Shown piece after piece: positions 28,153 to 43,200 of a DNA stretch of 64,000 bases. A program made the translations under genes and the position numbers. The notes beneath the pieces are model-generated. The model had not been told where the DNA came from. It saw only the letters and a list, made by a program, of their open reading frames with translations, and did not search any database. The first letter of the stretch is position 1. Each line of letters starts with the position of its first letter. Source of the stretch: Bugula neritina. Taxonomy: Eukaryota > Animalia > Bryozoa. The stretch lies in contig OZ037765.1 of the NCBI GenBank assembly GCA_964035545.1, forward strand, positions 28,519,504-28,583,503, read 5' to 3'.

Positions 28153-30732
28153 TTAGTTAGATTTTCTGTGTTTTTCAAGAGCCTCTTCAAACACATTAAG
28201 AATAACTCCAGTCATATCATTGAGATTGCTCAGTCCCTGTCGGAGAGCGTCTTCTGCTGAGCACGTACCGTCTGTCTGGATTCTAAAGTTTATCTTGTCT
28301 TCTGAGGGGTGGGGGACTGAGTACCCGCAGAACTCAACCCTTGCGTCCTTCATTGTAGTATATCTGAAAGCAATCTGTATACATTAGTTACTAGTTTGTG
28401 CTATGAATATAAATAAGTTTCAGACCTTCATGGCTATTTTCCTCAGTTTAAAGTATATAAACGTTTTTATGTATGTGAATCTATTCTCTCAAATGATATT
28501 TTCAGGGTGAAAAGAATGGCTGTGGTAACACCCTGCTAACAATTGGCATGTGGGAAGAAAGTCAAAACTTTTTGCATTTGATAAGCTGGATTGTAGCCGT
28601 TTGTATTAATTCTGCAACTAAGTGATTCGAAAATAACATTGAGGGAAACCAAAGCCACTACCACCGATTGCTTTAATCATTTGAATAATTTAGCTTAAAA
28701 AGGATAATTTTTTCAGAATTAGCCAACAGAGTTTATTTAAATGATTAGATATTTTAAATTTTGATCAACACCATCTTTATAAATCTGCCAGTAAAATAAC
28801 GAACAATAAACAAAACATTGCTGAATGCAGTGCATGCTCAGAAAATACAAAGGCAGCAAGTGATGATTGTTCTTAAAACAAGAAAATGACTCATTTTAAG
28901 TAATTAGATAATTCAATCTTTTATAGAGTTGTACTGAATGCCAAGTAATTAAAAAAGTTTGGTTTCTGATTGAAAAGATAGCATAATCATGTAAATTGTA
29001 ATTATATAATTTATTATAACATGTACATGCTAATTCAACAACTAACATTGATTTTGTAGCTACAATGTAGATTACATTAAACTCCATAATAATAGGTCAT
29101 GCCTCGGTCAATCGTAATTTACCAATACGCAAACAAGGAATCATCACTACAACACGTAAATTTGTAAGCTTCAATTTGGCCAGAAGGACATGCTATGTCA
29201 CTAGTTCTGCAATTATCAGAAGAAAAATTACTCCAAAACTTTTATATTATATATACATTATATTATATATTATAGTATTTTAGCCCGCTTTTTTATCACA
29301 TAAATTGTATAAATGTTCTGTTAGAACTAAGTGCATTGCTACTTTAAAAGATAATATTTTCTGAGTATATTTTCGTAAGCCCCATCAAATAGAAAGAGTG
29401 TAGAAGTTTCCATGGATCAAGTTATATAATCTCCAACTGTGAATCACCTCGATTATATGGGAGACAGGTCTTTTAGAAGATTGTAGGCCATTGGCTGTAT
29501 GGACAACATTTGGCCAACCAGTATTGCTATAAGTTGTTAGTGTCCCAATATAATCCAATGAATTTATAAAAATACAACAACAGAAGCAATAACAATCAAA
29601 AGGCAATTGCCTCGCTTTTCTTGTCAGACACCAGCAATTTTTAATTAATATTAGCGTAACCTGTGAAAGCGCCAGTCACTAGACGGATGCTAAAAAGCTT
29701 ACTATGGGGTATATAATCTGTTCACTAAGGCGTCAGAACGATGTTCCTGACCTAATTTGTGTACGATTATGTCTAATTTACTATTCTATTGTCCATGAAC
29801 CAGGATGTTCAAACAACTACTCGTGTAATTTATATGAATAACCCATCATGTTTAATGTGCCTTAAATTAGTAGTTTTATGGATTTTTCTATGTTAATTAT
29901 TTTCACTTGATCAAGTTCTTATAATAACCGAGAAGACACGTTAAATTATGATTATAGCAGGTTTTAATATGTTTGTGTTGCGTGACTGAGATGCCCACGC
30001 ATTGTATGATCTGTTACTTGGTAAGAATTTTATGCCCTTAGGGCATAAAATTCAACTTGGCTTATATAAGGATGTGCAATGTAGAGGTATACTGAACAAG
30101 GTGGAAATATATGTTACATGGTGAACTTTTAGCAGTTTTATAAGCTATTTGGGAGGAAAACGGCAATCCAGTTTCACATTAGATGAGTAGAGGGTTTAAA
30201 TCTTGAGAGGCTCACTTCAAATACCAAGAAAAGAAAAACACCACCTCAGCTGCTCAAGTATTGCAACGTGTGAACTAATTCACACTGAATGATTGAGAAG
30301 CACAAAATAATCTTTGAAAAATTCTGTTAGCAAATGAAAATATTTGCAATATTTCCAATATGGTTAGAAGGAGGGAATAGTAGTAGTTTCTTGAAAACGA
30401 ATCAGCTAAAGAGATTGATTGCAACAACAAGCTTTTCAAAAATTGAATGCTTTGAAAGTTCATCTTTAAATGCACAAGTATATAAACCTTTTTATGTTTT
30501 GCCAACAGACTGTAAAAGTAAGACCACACATGAAAAATTGTAAGTGCTATTTTCTGTTAACTTTTTATGTATAACGTAGATATAACCTGAGAGCATTTCC
30601 AAGTGTATGATCTTCGTTATGAATAGTAAATGTCCGGCATGATTTGCTTTCATCATCTTCATGTGGTCGAATCTCTTCAATTTTAACTTTGGTGCTCTCA
30701 GCCTTAGTTGAGGTTTTAGTCTCATCCTTCAT
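28153..30732 (-). CDS. POLR1D: DNA-directed RNA polymerases I and III subunit RPAC2 (AC19)
   Basis: Exons 30732-30587 (MKDETK...CRTFTIHNEDHTLGNALR) and 28363-28153 (YTTMKDARVEFCGYSVPHPSEDKINFRIQT...ALRQGLSNL), phase-2 intron. EDHTLGN and GYSVPHP are RPB11/AC19 motifs. 5' UTR exons probably extend to ~33.9 kb. Confidence 0.95.
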
Positions 30733-33049
30733 ATTGACTTGCAATTAAACGCCGGACACAGTTGCCAACTAGAAAACTAAAAATCAATCACACACATATA
30801 TATGTTTTCGTTTAATACTTGACAATAAGAATAAATACATCCCAAAATCAACAGAATAGAAGAGCAACCTTAAACTTTGGTAGGCTAAATAATTCATTTC
30901 TTTGACGTCATGCTAAAAGGAATTGGAAGTGTTCTACTTGTTGATCTGTTTACATCATTAGAGAAATTGAGAATGATATTTTGAATCGTATCATTTTACG
31001 AACTGTAAAAGCATATTCTACAGTCTACACTATAGATAGATAAAATATCTCAAGGTACCATTTAGGATTAAGGCATTATTTAACATTGCACAATGTATTC
31101 ATAGCACACTTTTGTCCAATATAATTGGATTTGTGTTCTCATGTAAACAAGTTGCGCTAGCCTTTGTGCTAGATATACCAAGTAAATTTCCAGTTTAAAA
31201 TTTTTTGGCTAGAATTAAATACTTTTGGTATCTGCCTGGGCTGCAGACAGTTAAAATAATATATTATTATCATTCACATCACACTATTACCACTACCATC
31301 CAGTAAATATATTATTACTATTCATATATATCATACTTCAAATGTGTGGTGTTTTTATTATATAGGTGTATATTTATTATCACAGACTGAAAGAAAAGAG
31401 ACTTGAATAACAGAAAGTGCTAGGTTTTATAACAGTCTAAAAAGATAGCTATTTTGTAGTAGTCAAAATCATTGTATCACAATAGAGGAAAGCATAATGT
31501 AACTAGCATAGCTATGATAATACAAGGAAAGCTGTAATTATTCAACAAAATTTCCAAGCTCATGTAATGTTCTAACAAAATGTATGGATGTCTCAATGTT
31601 TTATTAATGCTACTAAAAACAGTGATACTAAAATAATTTAAATGCACGATGGAAAATTTTGTTGCCTTGACAATGACTTGACTTGATTAGCTACAGACTT
31701 GATTTGTTGTAATTTCAACTGAGCTTTGAATAATAATGGGTGAGTAAATTTTTTATCGCCTCTCTTAGCCATTTCCTGATCGGATGGTGGAATAATAGGT
31801 TAGTAAATACAAATCATATATTGTTATTAATATAGTCTATACCCTACCACTACAAGTATCAGTCTCTTAGATCAAACCTAATACTACTACCAGCATAAAG
31901 ATTACTCAATTTTACCATTGGCAACTGAAAATTTACAATTTGTTAAATTGAAAGTATACTTGGGTTTGGAAATTTTAGGTGCCAGAGATCCTCAGATGTC
32001 CTACACTTATTTATGACTGTTACAATCAGCATTTTCAACCCACACTCAAACACAAGATGCCATCATTGCATATATCGTACATTAAATTAAACTTCAGAGT
32101 ATTGGTATCTAATTAATCATAATATTAACTTTTAGCACACACAGTAAGTACTAGAATACATTGTTTACATTACAATGACTTGATAGTGTTTTGATAAAAC
32201 CCAGCACTACAAATTTATTTGGACATTGATTTATGTCAATGAATGTGATTGCAATTTGTCAATTTATGATTAATTTGTTATATTGGATTTAAGCCTTGAT
32301 TTAGAGCGTGAGTTAAACATCCAAATTTATATAACCAAAGATGAGTGCTAGATCTCAAGTACCTGTTGGAACAGCTAAACTTGCACATAGCTGTAGTTTG
32401 TCTAAAGCCAAGCACTAGATTTAAAGCACATGGCATGATCATGGCAACATGTAGAAGCAATAAATGGTATGCTCTACCTTTTTAACTAGTTTTCAACAGT
32501 TTATACATAATTTTGAAATTCCTTTATTTAATGCTCTTTACTTTTTGATATGATAAAGTAGAGTTCTATTAACATACATGCTGAGTCTACATGTGACAGT
32601 ATTGGAGATGAAAGAAGGTTGGTCTTAAAATTAAACCCAGTGTACGCTACATGTTACTGAGCATTTGTTTGAGCACTCTTTTAGCACAACCTGAACCTAC
32701 TGTGAACTGTCAGTCAAAAAATATTGCAATCATTTCACCCTTTCATTTTCTAGCAAGAAAGCATGTTGATATCAATTTGGCACTTACTCTTAGTCTTACC
32801 AAATAACGTGTTTTAAATTCAATATGAATACAAGTGCATGAGTAACTTTGTAAGCTCTTTTGTCACAATTCTTTAACCATAATTATGATGACACGAAGCT
32901 GTGTTTTATAAATTATATGTTAAATTGATATCAATACGAATATCAATTATATGTCCTTGGACCCTTCCTTTTTCACACTTGACCTAAAATTAAAGCTATT
33001 TAAACTAGACAATTAAAATTAATTTCAATTACGATAGCTTCAAGTCATA

Positions 33050-33560
33050 TCTTAATCTAATCAATAGACATAGTCATAGTGACCTAAGTCAAGATACAAT
33101 AACTTGAGTCTTGACTTGGTTTACTATAACTATTGATTAGATTTGACTTGGTACTTGCTGCAACTTCAACACAGTTTGATAAATAATATTAATATTATTA
33201 CACCTCCAATAATAATTATACTTATACTTATAGTTATACACTAATACACTTACAGTAATGTTATCAGTAACACTAATAATAATAATATTATTAACTATTA
33301 TATTTATAATTATTAGCGTTACTGATGATACTAATAGTAATACTAATAGTAATACTAATACTAATAGTAATACTAATAGTAATACTAATACCAATACTAA
33401 TACTAATACTCAACTAATAGTAATACTAATACTAATAGTAATAGTAATACTAATAGTAATAGTAATACTAATAGTAATAGACATAGTAATACTGAATAAA
33501 GTCTGACATGATGGCTGTTAATACTCATATTGCTATTGACAGAGTATTACTAATACTGCT
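33050..33560. repeat. (ACTAAT/AGTAAT)n low-complexity tract
   Basis: actaatagtaatactaatagtaatactaat... at ~33330-33490. Confidence 0.85.
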
Positions 33561-36500
33561 ACAATTATTTATATGCCCTTTTTTTAAATTTAAAAACGAT
33601 TTTTAAAATTAAAAGTTGAAATAAAACGAAATAATTATTATTTGAATGCATTTTTGTTCATAATTTCACCCCTCATGCCTTTACTTGGCCTTGACCCAGT
33701 ATATTTCCATATGACAATAAGTACAATAAGTACAAGCATACATGTATACCAAATAAATTATTATGATTATAGAGTTATTTTACCTACAACGTTAGAGAAG
33801 ATAACTTCGTAAACAAATGCTATTCGACCTTAGGATTTATCTATAGAAAATTTTAACCCAGCCTTGTAAAATATCGTGTAAATTTGTACAACTGCCGACT
33901 CTATATTTGTCAGAGTGTAGCAGCCGTTTGCTCGGTCTCTAAATAATTAAAATCAAACCACAATTCAACTCGAATAAAGTGAAACTTGAGGTGAAAACTC
34001 ACTAATCAGTGACTGCAGTTATAATATTGTAAAGTTTAGTATAATTAATATCATTTATCACTATTGAATATAGTAATCAATGTCATAAGGATAATGAAAC
34101 CAAATAACTCAACCAGTGAATGTGAACTTTACTTCACTTTATCATTATGTCTTTATCAGTTGTGAGTTGAAGTTGATGATCATAATCATAATGATATTCA
34201 CCTATTAGTATTAGTTACTAAAATCGCCTAGTCACTACATAACTTAAAATGCTATTGATCTGCTTCATTTTGCATACTAAATATGTGCATAAAATTTCTA
34301 GGAAAGTTACTAGTTCTTCAGTGGAATTGGTATTGCACCCCAATAAAAAATTGAGATTGATCATTGACTGATTGAGTACAAAAAATATGTTGTGCAGCTA
34401 ATATTTAGTGTGTAATATTATTTACACTAGTAATATTTGTTATATCATATATGCCACAGCGTGGTTTGCCATTCTGATAACAGTAAATTATTTTTATATT
34501 AGCAGCTTTAAAAAGCTGTATTTAATCAACTTTAATAAATATCTAAACGAGTTTTCATTTTGTGTTCCATTTATCTTCTTAGAGCTTTATCTTGCAAAAA
34601 TTTTGTAAAATCTTTGTGAGGTACTCGTTCTCTGTCCCATAAGAACACCATTATTATAGTATGCAAAATTTAATTTTAAATTTGCCGAGAAGACAACTCT
34701 GTAGTAGGATTTTATAGCTCTTGCCAAAATAATAAAGTCTACCAAACTAATACTACAAAGTTTGGTATAATTTTGTAATAACGTAATCAAATAAATTGCC
34801 AGGGTTTTTGTCAGATAAACTTGTTGAATGTAGAGATGCATAAATCTATGCTAGCTGTGTAAGACAATGCAGCACACCTGCGGCACAGTGAATATAAAAC
34901 AGAATATTCAAATCTATATTTACTATATAACTATGACCTACATATCTATTATATAAAAATGATATGTGAACTGGGTGTATAATTATAGTTGTGTAATTTT
35001 GTGGTGTATAGGAGCTAACTGCAGACTTCTAAAATTCTATTGGCAAGGTATTTTCTTCATTTTTCATTGTATGTTATAATGACAGTTGTCAATTATTAAC
35101 TATTGTGGAAATTAAATTGCTCATTTCCTTTAAAATTATCTACGGCACTCAAAGCACAATGTTACAAATGTAGGTGTAATCTATATTTAGTTTTGCATAA
35201 TTGATTTCTAATTAGTGCCCCAATTTTTTGGCATGTAACTACATATTGAAAAACAAATATTATGATATAATAGTCTTTTGAGCAGTGCATGCATACAGAA
35301 CAGGTTTATTGCTCATAGATGGTATTGTTGAGTTTATACAGTCTACTTATGTTTTCAACTGTTCTTCAACTGTTCTTCAACTTCAACTAATCTATAGTAA
35401 GCTAGAATTACAATAAATGCTCATCGGTATTAAATGTTTTAAATACTTTTATCTCTCATTATGCAAATATGGTGCCAACTTTGGAATGGGATTGAACATA
35501 TTTTCATAAGAAAATTTAATCTCTTTTGATTATTTAAAATAACATTCCCAAGATATCATGTCAGGTTATATCAGTAGCTCATCGTCATGCAATGCTGAGG
35601 ATAAGTTAGCCGGGTCATGCACCCCACCATTGGCTACTTTACCTCTAAATTTGGTTGCTTAATACTTATACAAAAGTTAGTGACATTTGCTGCTGCATCT
35701 GATAAACAGTGACACCCATTTCATCAACAATATTGCATAGGTATTAGTTCAGTTCAACCCATTGTAGTAGTCATTGTTCATCAAATAGCAGTTACATATA
35801 GACACCTGCTTCTTTAAAATTAAACCCCAAGTGAGTGCTTTATTCTCAGGTCACTTTGAATTGGAATCAATTTTGTTATCATTTATTAATTTTTTCTGAT
35901 TGCTGCAAGTATTTTATGCCGAGGAGCTGATCACAGCAAACACATGATTTCAGGTTTACCTAGGAGTTAATTCTTGTTAAATTTGTTGCTGTATAATTGA
36001 AGTTGTTTGTTATCATTTGTGTACTATTAAGGTAAGAAGTCAAAATACATGTCTGCTGATAATAAATTATGATTGATTTAGTAAATTATTTGATTATAAG
36101 TTTTGACAATTTGTCTATAAGCTTATATAAATAATATGTAACATAACACGCTTCTATGCTATTTAAAATTATTGCTGTTATATGATTAAAATTTTTTATA
36201 TGCTCTGCTTAATTTTTTGTTTAAAAATCCAGCTTTGTTAAATATGGTCAATAATTCTATTTTTGAGAATCATATGTAGCCTAAAATTCTATGTTAAAGT
36301 GGCGGGTTCCTAGTAACTTCCTACTAGGGTTTACAGCTCTTTCACTCAGTTGGTTGGTTAAGTCTGGCAAATCTTCTATATGAACCATGAACACACTTTG
36401 GGCAAATTTTCTATGTTTGTCTTAGCAGTTACATATACTTTGTTTTATATTTCAACAATTACTTGCTAATTAACTTTCATTAGAATCTAGTTGAAACTCC

Positions 36501-37223
36501 TTTCAGCAGTTTGTATGCTGAACTTTTATCATACTGTAGGTTACATTTAATTGATCCCTCCATCATGTCTATTTTAGTGATAGGGAATAACTGTATTTTA
36601 CTATGCTAACTTTATATACAAATTTCTCTCTCTCAAGTCTATGATTTAATATGCATACACTTCAATGTATAATTAGGTATTGCTTACAGTACATTGATGA
36701 TGCGTGCTTGCTATTGTACAGTAGTAGTAATTTGTATAATTCCCTGATTGTTTTATTATTATTGTGCAATTGATATAGAGATTGTATAATTGCTTTTCTA
36801 TTTGATATGGCAAAGAGACATCTTGTTATGATAGACTAGTTTATACATTTAAGATTATTTTAGGTAATTGTGTAATCAGTTGATTGTAATCGTAATTAAT
36901 AATAAAGCATTGGTAAACAGTGAATACCTTAATAAATGCATACATAAGTATTGGAACCTTTGACCAAATGTCACTCTTATTTAATTATTACCATATGGCC
37001 CGATGCATTTATACTCTAGTATTTATATTCTCTGAACACCAGTGTTGATATCTTTGCACCGAGGGACTATGAATATTATAATTGTCAGTATCTCGGCCAC
37101 TAATCCTTATACTTGACTGACATACCCTTGTGTGTGGAATGTCAGTGTGTTGGCTCAGAGTATCACAGCCAAACAGTTAATTATTACATTCATTGCAGAC
37201 GAAGACACAGTTCATTGATCAAC

Positions 37224-40200
37224 ATGGCCTCCTCTCATGCTGGCGTTTATGTAAGTAATACTAATAGCTGTCTAAATCTAATACTTTTTTGTAGGTTGCA
37301 AGTTATTGAACTACTTTTTCACAATTCGTTTTTGTTATTTCGTGTCACTTCAAATGGTGCTAAGATGGTGGATAATGAATGACAATTGCTTTTGAATTCT
37401 GTTAGATTAGTTGAAGTGCTTACAACTGCACATGAGTGGGATTGTATAGCATATACATGCAGCTATATTGAAATTTTATTACGATCCATGTTACAATTAT
37501 AATTGTATTAGTGTATCAGTATCTAATCTATATGAGCTAGAGGACTGCATATTATAATTTCATAACTTTCTAGAATTTTTGCTAGCGGCTATAGCACTGT
37601 GTTAATTTTGTTTTAAAAATACATTGTTCTGTTTAGCTATGTAAATCAATTGTATAATATTATACCAGCACAATAGGGATTGCAAATCGATTAAGGTGAA
37701 ATTACTGGCTTTATCTTTCATTATATAACTATATCTACTGCATTTACTACCTCGACTTTATCTCACACTTAGTCACAGCGAGATAAGGAAGACAGTAAGT
37801 AGCAGTACAATATTATTAGTAAAGATACAAAGGAATGCTCAAAATTTCACTCTAGTAGGTGATGGTTACAGAGTATAAAGTATGACGGGCATTGCAAGTG
37901 CTAACATGTACTGCTTTAAATTTGACACTTAGCTCCTATGTACAACAAAAATTATGATAAATGTTGTCAAGTGCAGTTTGCAGTTTATAATTTATAACTT
38001 ACAACACTTAATTGGAATTATCTACTCATTATTTGTGTTTCTATTTTACATCAATATAATATTATATCTGTTGCAAATTGAAAGCTATAACTACCATACA
38101 TATGAGTGGAGCTTGCACTGTGCTTAAAATCGTTGACAAGTTAAATATTTTACAAAGATGTGAAAAGCTGTGAAAGGATTAAAATCTGATATAAACTGAG
38201 CTCAGAGACGGTTTTATACCAAACTCTGGTGTTATAATGACATACTTAATGTCATTCTCTTTAACAGTTTACCAGCATCCAAGTTGTTGTCGTGGTGCTT
38301 AGCCATTAACATGTTAATTTAGATGATGGATTAGCTTAATTTGGCTAAATGTCAAAAACTTTAAACTTCTTATGATTAAATTTCTCATAACTGAAACTCT
38401 GTTTTAACGTCAATATCATATTTTATATGCCTAATTATACAAAGCTCCCTTTTATTTTGCTTTATTATCCCTGGTTATCCATTGCGCAGTAGTAAACTAG
38501 GACACATTGAAACATGATCTCCATCTGATGTTGGCATTATGCTATTTATTTCAGTTTTATTTGGCAATTTATATTGAATAATTACATACCTGCATAATTA
38601 TGTTAAATATAATCAATTTTTTATGGCAAGTACTCTTAGTTTTGTAATATGTAGCTCATGTTTTTGGCAGACAGAAACAATATTTTAGCATGTATACAGC
38701 CGAATTATTTTGTAAATTATTGTTAACATAGTTCCCACTTACTAATCCACTTGTAATTTTATTAATAAAATATGTTCAAAAATTAATTTGTTTGCAATGA
38801 ACAGTGGTATTTGTTTTATTTCTATGATCAATAATAATAGTAACTAGTAGGCAATTATTAGTTTAGTAAATTAGTGACCCAGCAAGTCACCTGTGTGCAG
38901 CAGCTAGAAGTAATTCACAGAACGTGCAAATATTGAAGTTAAAAGCGATGAACTGACAGCTTGAATAATGATTAAAATCCTTAGAAACTCTCTCCCAACT
39001 TGTTTTATTGTAGGCTAGGGGCTGTGTTTAGAGCTGCAGATTTATTTTGCCTGGCGATAAATTGCATTTATTCTGTTTTGTGATCAAAAATCAAAATCCC
39101 CAAAAAATATTTACCCCCCCCCCACTGAAAGAATAAAGTAATGCTATTAATGTTTATTGGAAAAGTAAATAGGTAATTCAAGATTTATCTCTCCTGGCTC
39201 CTTTTCACATTGACGATACATTTTTTATTATTAAATTATTACTAGTTAAGGTTTATGCACGGTTTGTTATTTATAAAGTATTTATTTGATGATGTTTTGT
39301 TGAGCTTATGAAAAATACGGTAAATAGTAAAACCTTCATACTCATCAATAATAGCTATAGCTGCTTCAAGTTAGTTGTAGTACTCATTTATATTTTCAAA
39401 GACTTTTTAGCTATAGTTTAAAATTTAGATGATGGTAATTGGCTACCTCATTTTATCCATTAATTAATCTTAGTGAGATTTCGTTATATTTATATAACCC
39501 AGTGTTCATGCTTACTCACTCTCAATTAATTGAAGCCTGGTGGTTTAATTTTTATCTAGCTGGTTTTGCCCATACAGCCACTAGGTAATTGATGATTGTT
39601 ACATGTAAGCAGTTTTGTAGTTAAGGGTTTCGGCGGCTACTATTTGTATGAAGGCGACAAAGCCGACTGTAGCTGCTTAATGCGTTAAAATAACGTTACT
39701 GGGTTATCTAGCCGATAGTAGCCTTTGTTGATAAAAATATTTAACTTTGAAAAAACTCTTAAGGTGATGCGGTAATTGTAAATATTTAATTTTCAAAGTT
39801 TGCATAATAGCATACAAAGCTAGGCATTGGGTATTATAAGTGCTTGAGCTACTTATTGCTTTATCAATCCTGAATAACCTCCTGACTTCTCCATCAAAAG
39901 GCTGTGAGGATTGCATAACCTGATCTTTTTCTGGCTAATTATTAGGAGGCTATAATATCCTCTTCTCATCAATTGCATTCCAAGGAATTGGCAGCGAATT
40001 TATTTAGGTATGCGCTGCTGCGGCAGTCTTGAGGTTTCTGCATTACATCATATAATTGCTTATAGAGCAATCAGCAAATGTCAGCCTAGCCAGTCATCAA
40101 CTCACTGCTGCTGCTTCAGCAGCCAGTAACAGCTGACTTGAGGAGCAAAGTTAGGTTTCACCTGCAGCGCTGATTAGTAACTACTGTTACTTCATGTTGA

Positions 40201-43200
40201 ATTTGAATTGCATTAGAAACTTGAGCCTCATTTCTCATTACACGCATATAGCAGACATGTTAGCTTAGGTAAGCAGTCGGTATACTAGTTCTATATGTAC
40301 TTTATCTACACTTCACTGTATTGATCAAAATTATCATTTGCCCCACTGCAGTTATGCAGTGGCACTCGAAGCACGTGAAATAAGTGTATGCAGTCTGATG
40401 TAACTAACACTGCATGCATCTCATTATAGCCTACAAATCGTCACAGTATGGATTTCGGAAAGTTTTATCAAACAAGTTACTTGGACATGAATGGAAACAT
40501 TGTAAAAAAGAGCTCCCAGTCTTCTCCTAATCTACAGCCATTATCAAGATTTCATAGACCAGGTGAGGCCTACACGTACAGTGTGGGTTGTTTGGTATGT
40601 AGTTGACACACCTTTGTTTGTTGGTGTAGATGTTGTCCACAAACATTGTTTAGGTTGTTTTTTGGTACTGACTGACAGTTGATATCCTAGATTTAGCTGT
40701 TATCACCAATCTAGCTTAGAAGAGATTGCATTTTTTACACCTTTTGAACAATTTGCTAGACAAAAATTAGGCAGCATAATTTATGTTCTTGTTTCAATAT
40801 ATGTATACTACCTTCTAAGATTTTAAAATTTTAATACTTTTTACAATTAAGAAAGTAGCTAAGGATAAGTGTTGAAGTTTATAGTTGTATATGTAGCTGG
40901 CCCTTTAGCATTGTTAAAATTATGCAAAACAGTTGATTACGTTATGTAAGCACCCATCAAATAAAAACAAAAGAATCATATGTAGTGCTGTTTGAGTCTT
41001 GTAGCCCCAAATCTATCAACATAAAGGAGGGTGGTGCAGTGAATAAGGGTGTACACCCTACTGTAAGAAGATATGCTGCTGGGAAGTTCAACTATACAGG
41101 GAAACATGTTTTCTTGTGATGAAAATACAGTGCTTTTGAAAAAGCTTACAAATTACTTTAAAAAACCTCAAATCACTAATGCAGCAATGATCTGTATAAA
41201 ATTTGCTATACATATAATAGCAGAAATTGTTATTGTCTGTTATTAAATGCAACCAATGTTTATTTTCACTAGCTGATAGAATTCATTTAGAAAACTATAT
41301 TATAGCTTTGACATGATACAATATGTGGAAACTTTGAGTTTGGCTGCTAAAGTTGAGTTGCATGCTGTTGAACTGTACATGTAGAGACAGAGTGTGCTAA
41401 TTATGCATTAATTTGTCATGTTAAGTTATCAGGCGAGTATATTTCAGTGTTTTCCAAAAGTGCCAGCAATCGATAAGAGTTACGTCAGCTGGTCTCAAGC
41501 TTCTTATCTGTGTAGCTGTAATCCATTGGATTAGTTCTTCTTTAGACTCTCTTATAGTTGGATATGCCCATGGCTCTGAGTTTTTTCCTTATAACCACTG
41601 CCATAGAAAGGCTGCATTTAGCTCTACCTTTAGCACCTGCAGCTGGTGTGACAACACATGACATATACAACCCACCTCTGCAGTAAGCTGTTATAACAGC
41701 TGGTCATTATTGTGGGTTTGAATCATTGATTTCTGCACTTGAGAGTTATCTTTTCAAACTTGTTGGGCTGCGCAAGTCTGTAGGCTGTTATACCTGGCCC
41801 TAGAATCGTAGAGGAATATGTCAATATGTTGAAAAGCCGTTAGCATAGAACCTCGGCTGACAAATTGTAACCATCTTGTTCATGAGTGGCCCATTACTGC
41901 TGGTGGGTCATATGATGACATATACACATGAAGAAAATGTGTGCTGACAAAATTAAATATAGAAACAGTCCTGTTTATTTATCATACAATTGCTGCAATT
42001 CCAGTTTTACTCTGCCTCATGAAATTGCTAACAATCTTCACCCAAAGTCACTAAAATATGAAGAACATTTTGACTAATGAAACAAAATTATTCACAGCAG
42101 TTTAATTTCACTCAAGTTTGAATGTGGCCATGCACTGGGGACTGGTTTATCCTCAAGTATGAATAAAGGGTACATCCTGATGATAAAAGAAAGCCGCTGT
42201 AAGGACATGATTATCCAATTAGCAATTAGTATTCATTTGGGTGTGAATTAGTTTAGCTTTTTACAGCTATACAATATGCTCCTAGCCCATTGACTGAATG
42301 GAATGCTTATTCAATTATTCAGTACGCATTCCACAGCCCCCTCCGTATGTTTATATCTATAGTTTACACACCAGTATTACAAAATGGGCTTTTTATGGCT
42401 ATACGACCATCATTCAGCTAATCTAGAATTGTTGTTAAAGTTCATAGCCATATATTCTGTTTACTACCAGTATTAGCTGATGCTATCTTGCTTCTACTTG
42501 TATAACTCAGCTTAAAATACGCGTAGGATATATTCTGTTGATATTAAAAATAAACATTATGAATAATGGAATGCATAATTGTAGACAGAGCAAGCCAAGT
42601 TCAATATAGGTCTGATATTATATTCCGTAAGTTGTTTAACTTATTAACTTCATATAATGATTAATTTATTTCTGTTGTAGAAAACTTCTCATACAAAAAA
42701 GCTCCTCCTAAATTTGGGAAGACTAAAAAGCCAGGTTTGTGGCAAAACTCCTTATAATTTAAGATGTTTTTCTTGGATTTGTATTTTAATTTGTATTAAA
42801 CTGTGTTAACTTGTATAATATGTAGATTAGTGCATGCAAACTCCACGAGTATAAAGCCAAATGTTTTGGTTCTCCCTGCAGCTCTGATATTAAATATTTG
42901 TGAGTGCACGATGGCTAACTTCTTAAAGCTTAGTTTTGCCCTTCTGACCTTTTGACACACCTACCATGAATACCCTGGGTTTATATGCACATTTTAACTT
43001 TATAAAGACCTGCATCCTGCAACTATTTATGCAACAACAAAAATCTCCCATTGGATTCAAGTTAAGCATTCCTATGCAACGGAAAACTATCAACTAATCC
43101 AGCAACTTGTAGACTATTTCCTGTGGGACCCAGGGGAATGGATGGCATCTATGTGCAATTATATGTTGCTCTATTTCTCAATTTGCTCTCTAAGTTTGGA

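Noticed and set aside
23113-30732. POLR1D beside a homeobox gene as a ParaHox synteny relic
   Set aside because: The homeodomain is Not-type, not Gsx, Pdx or Cdx; the adjacency is probably coincidental.
33137-33506. Hydrophobic and NT-repeat ORFs (similar ones at 7666-7899 and 44955-45218)
   Set aside because: Products of low-complexity periodic DNA, with no splice or homology support.
37113-37200. CVECQC...H ORF as a possible LIM exon
   Set aside because: Cys/His spacing does not fit LIM, and it lies upstream of the acceptor at ~37198.
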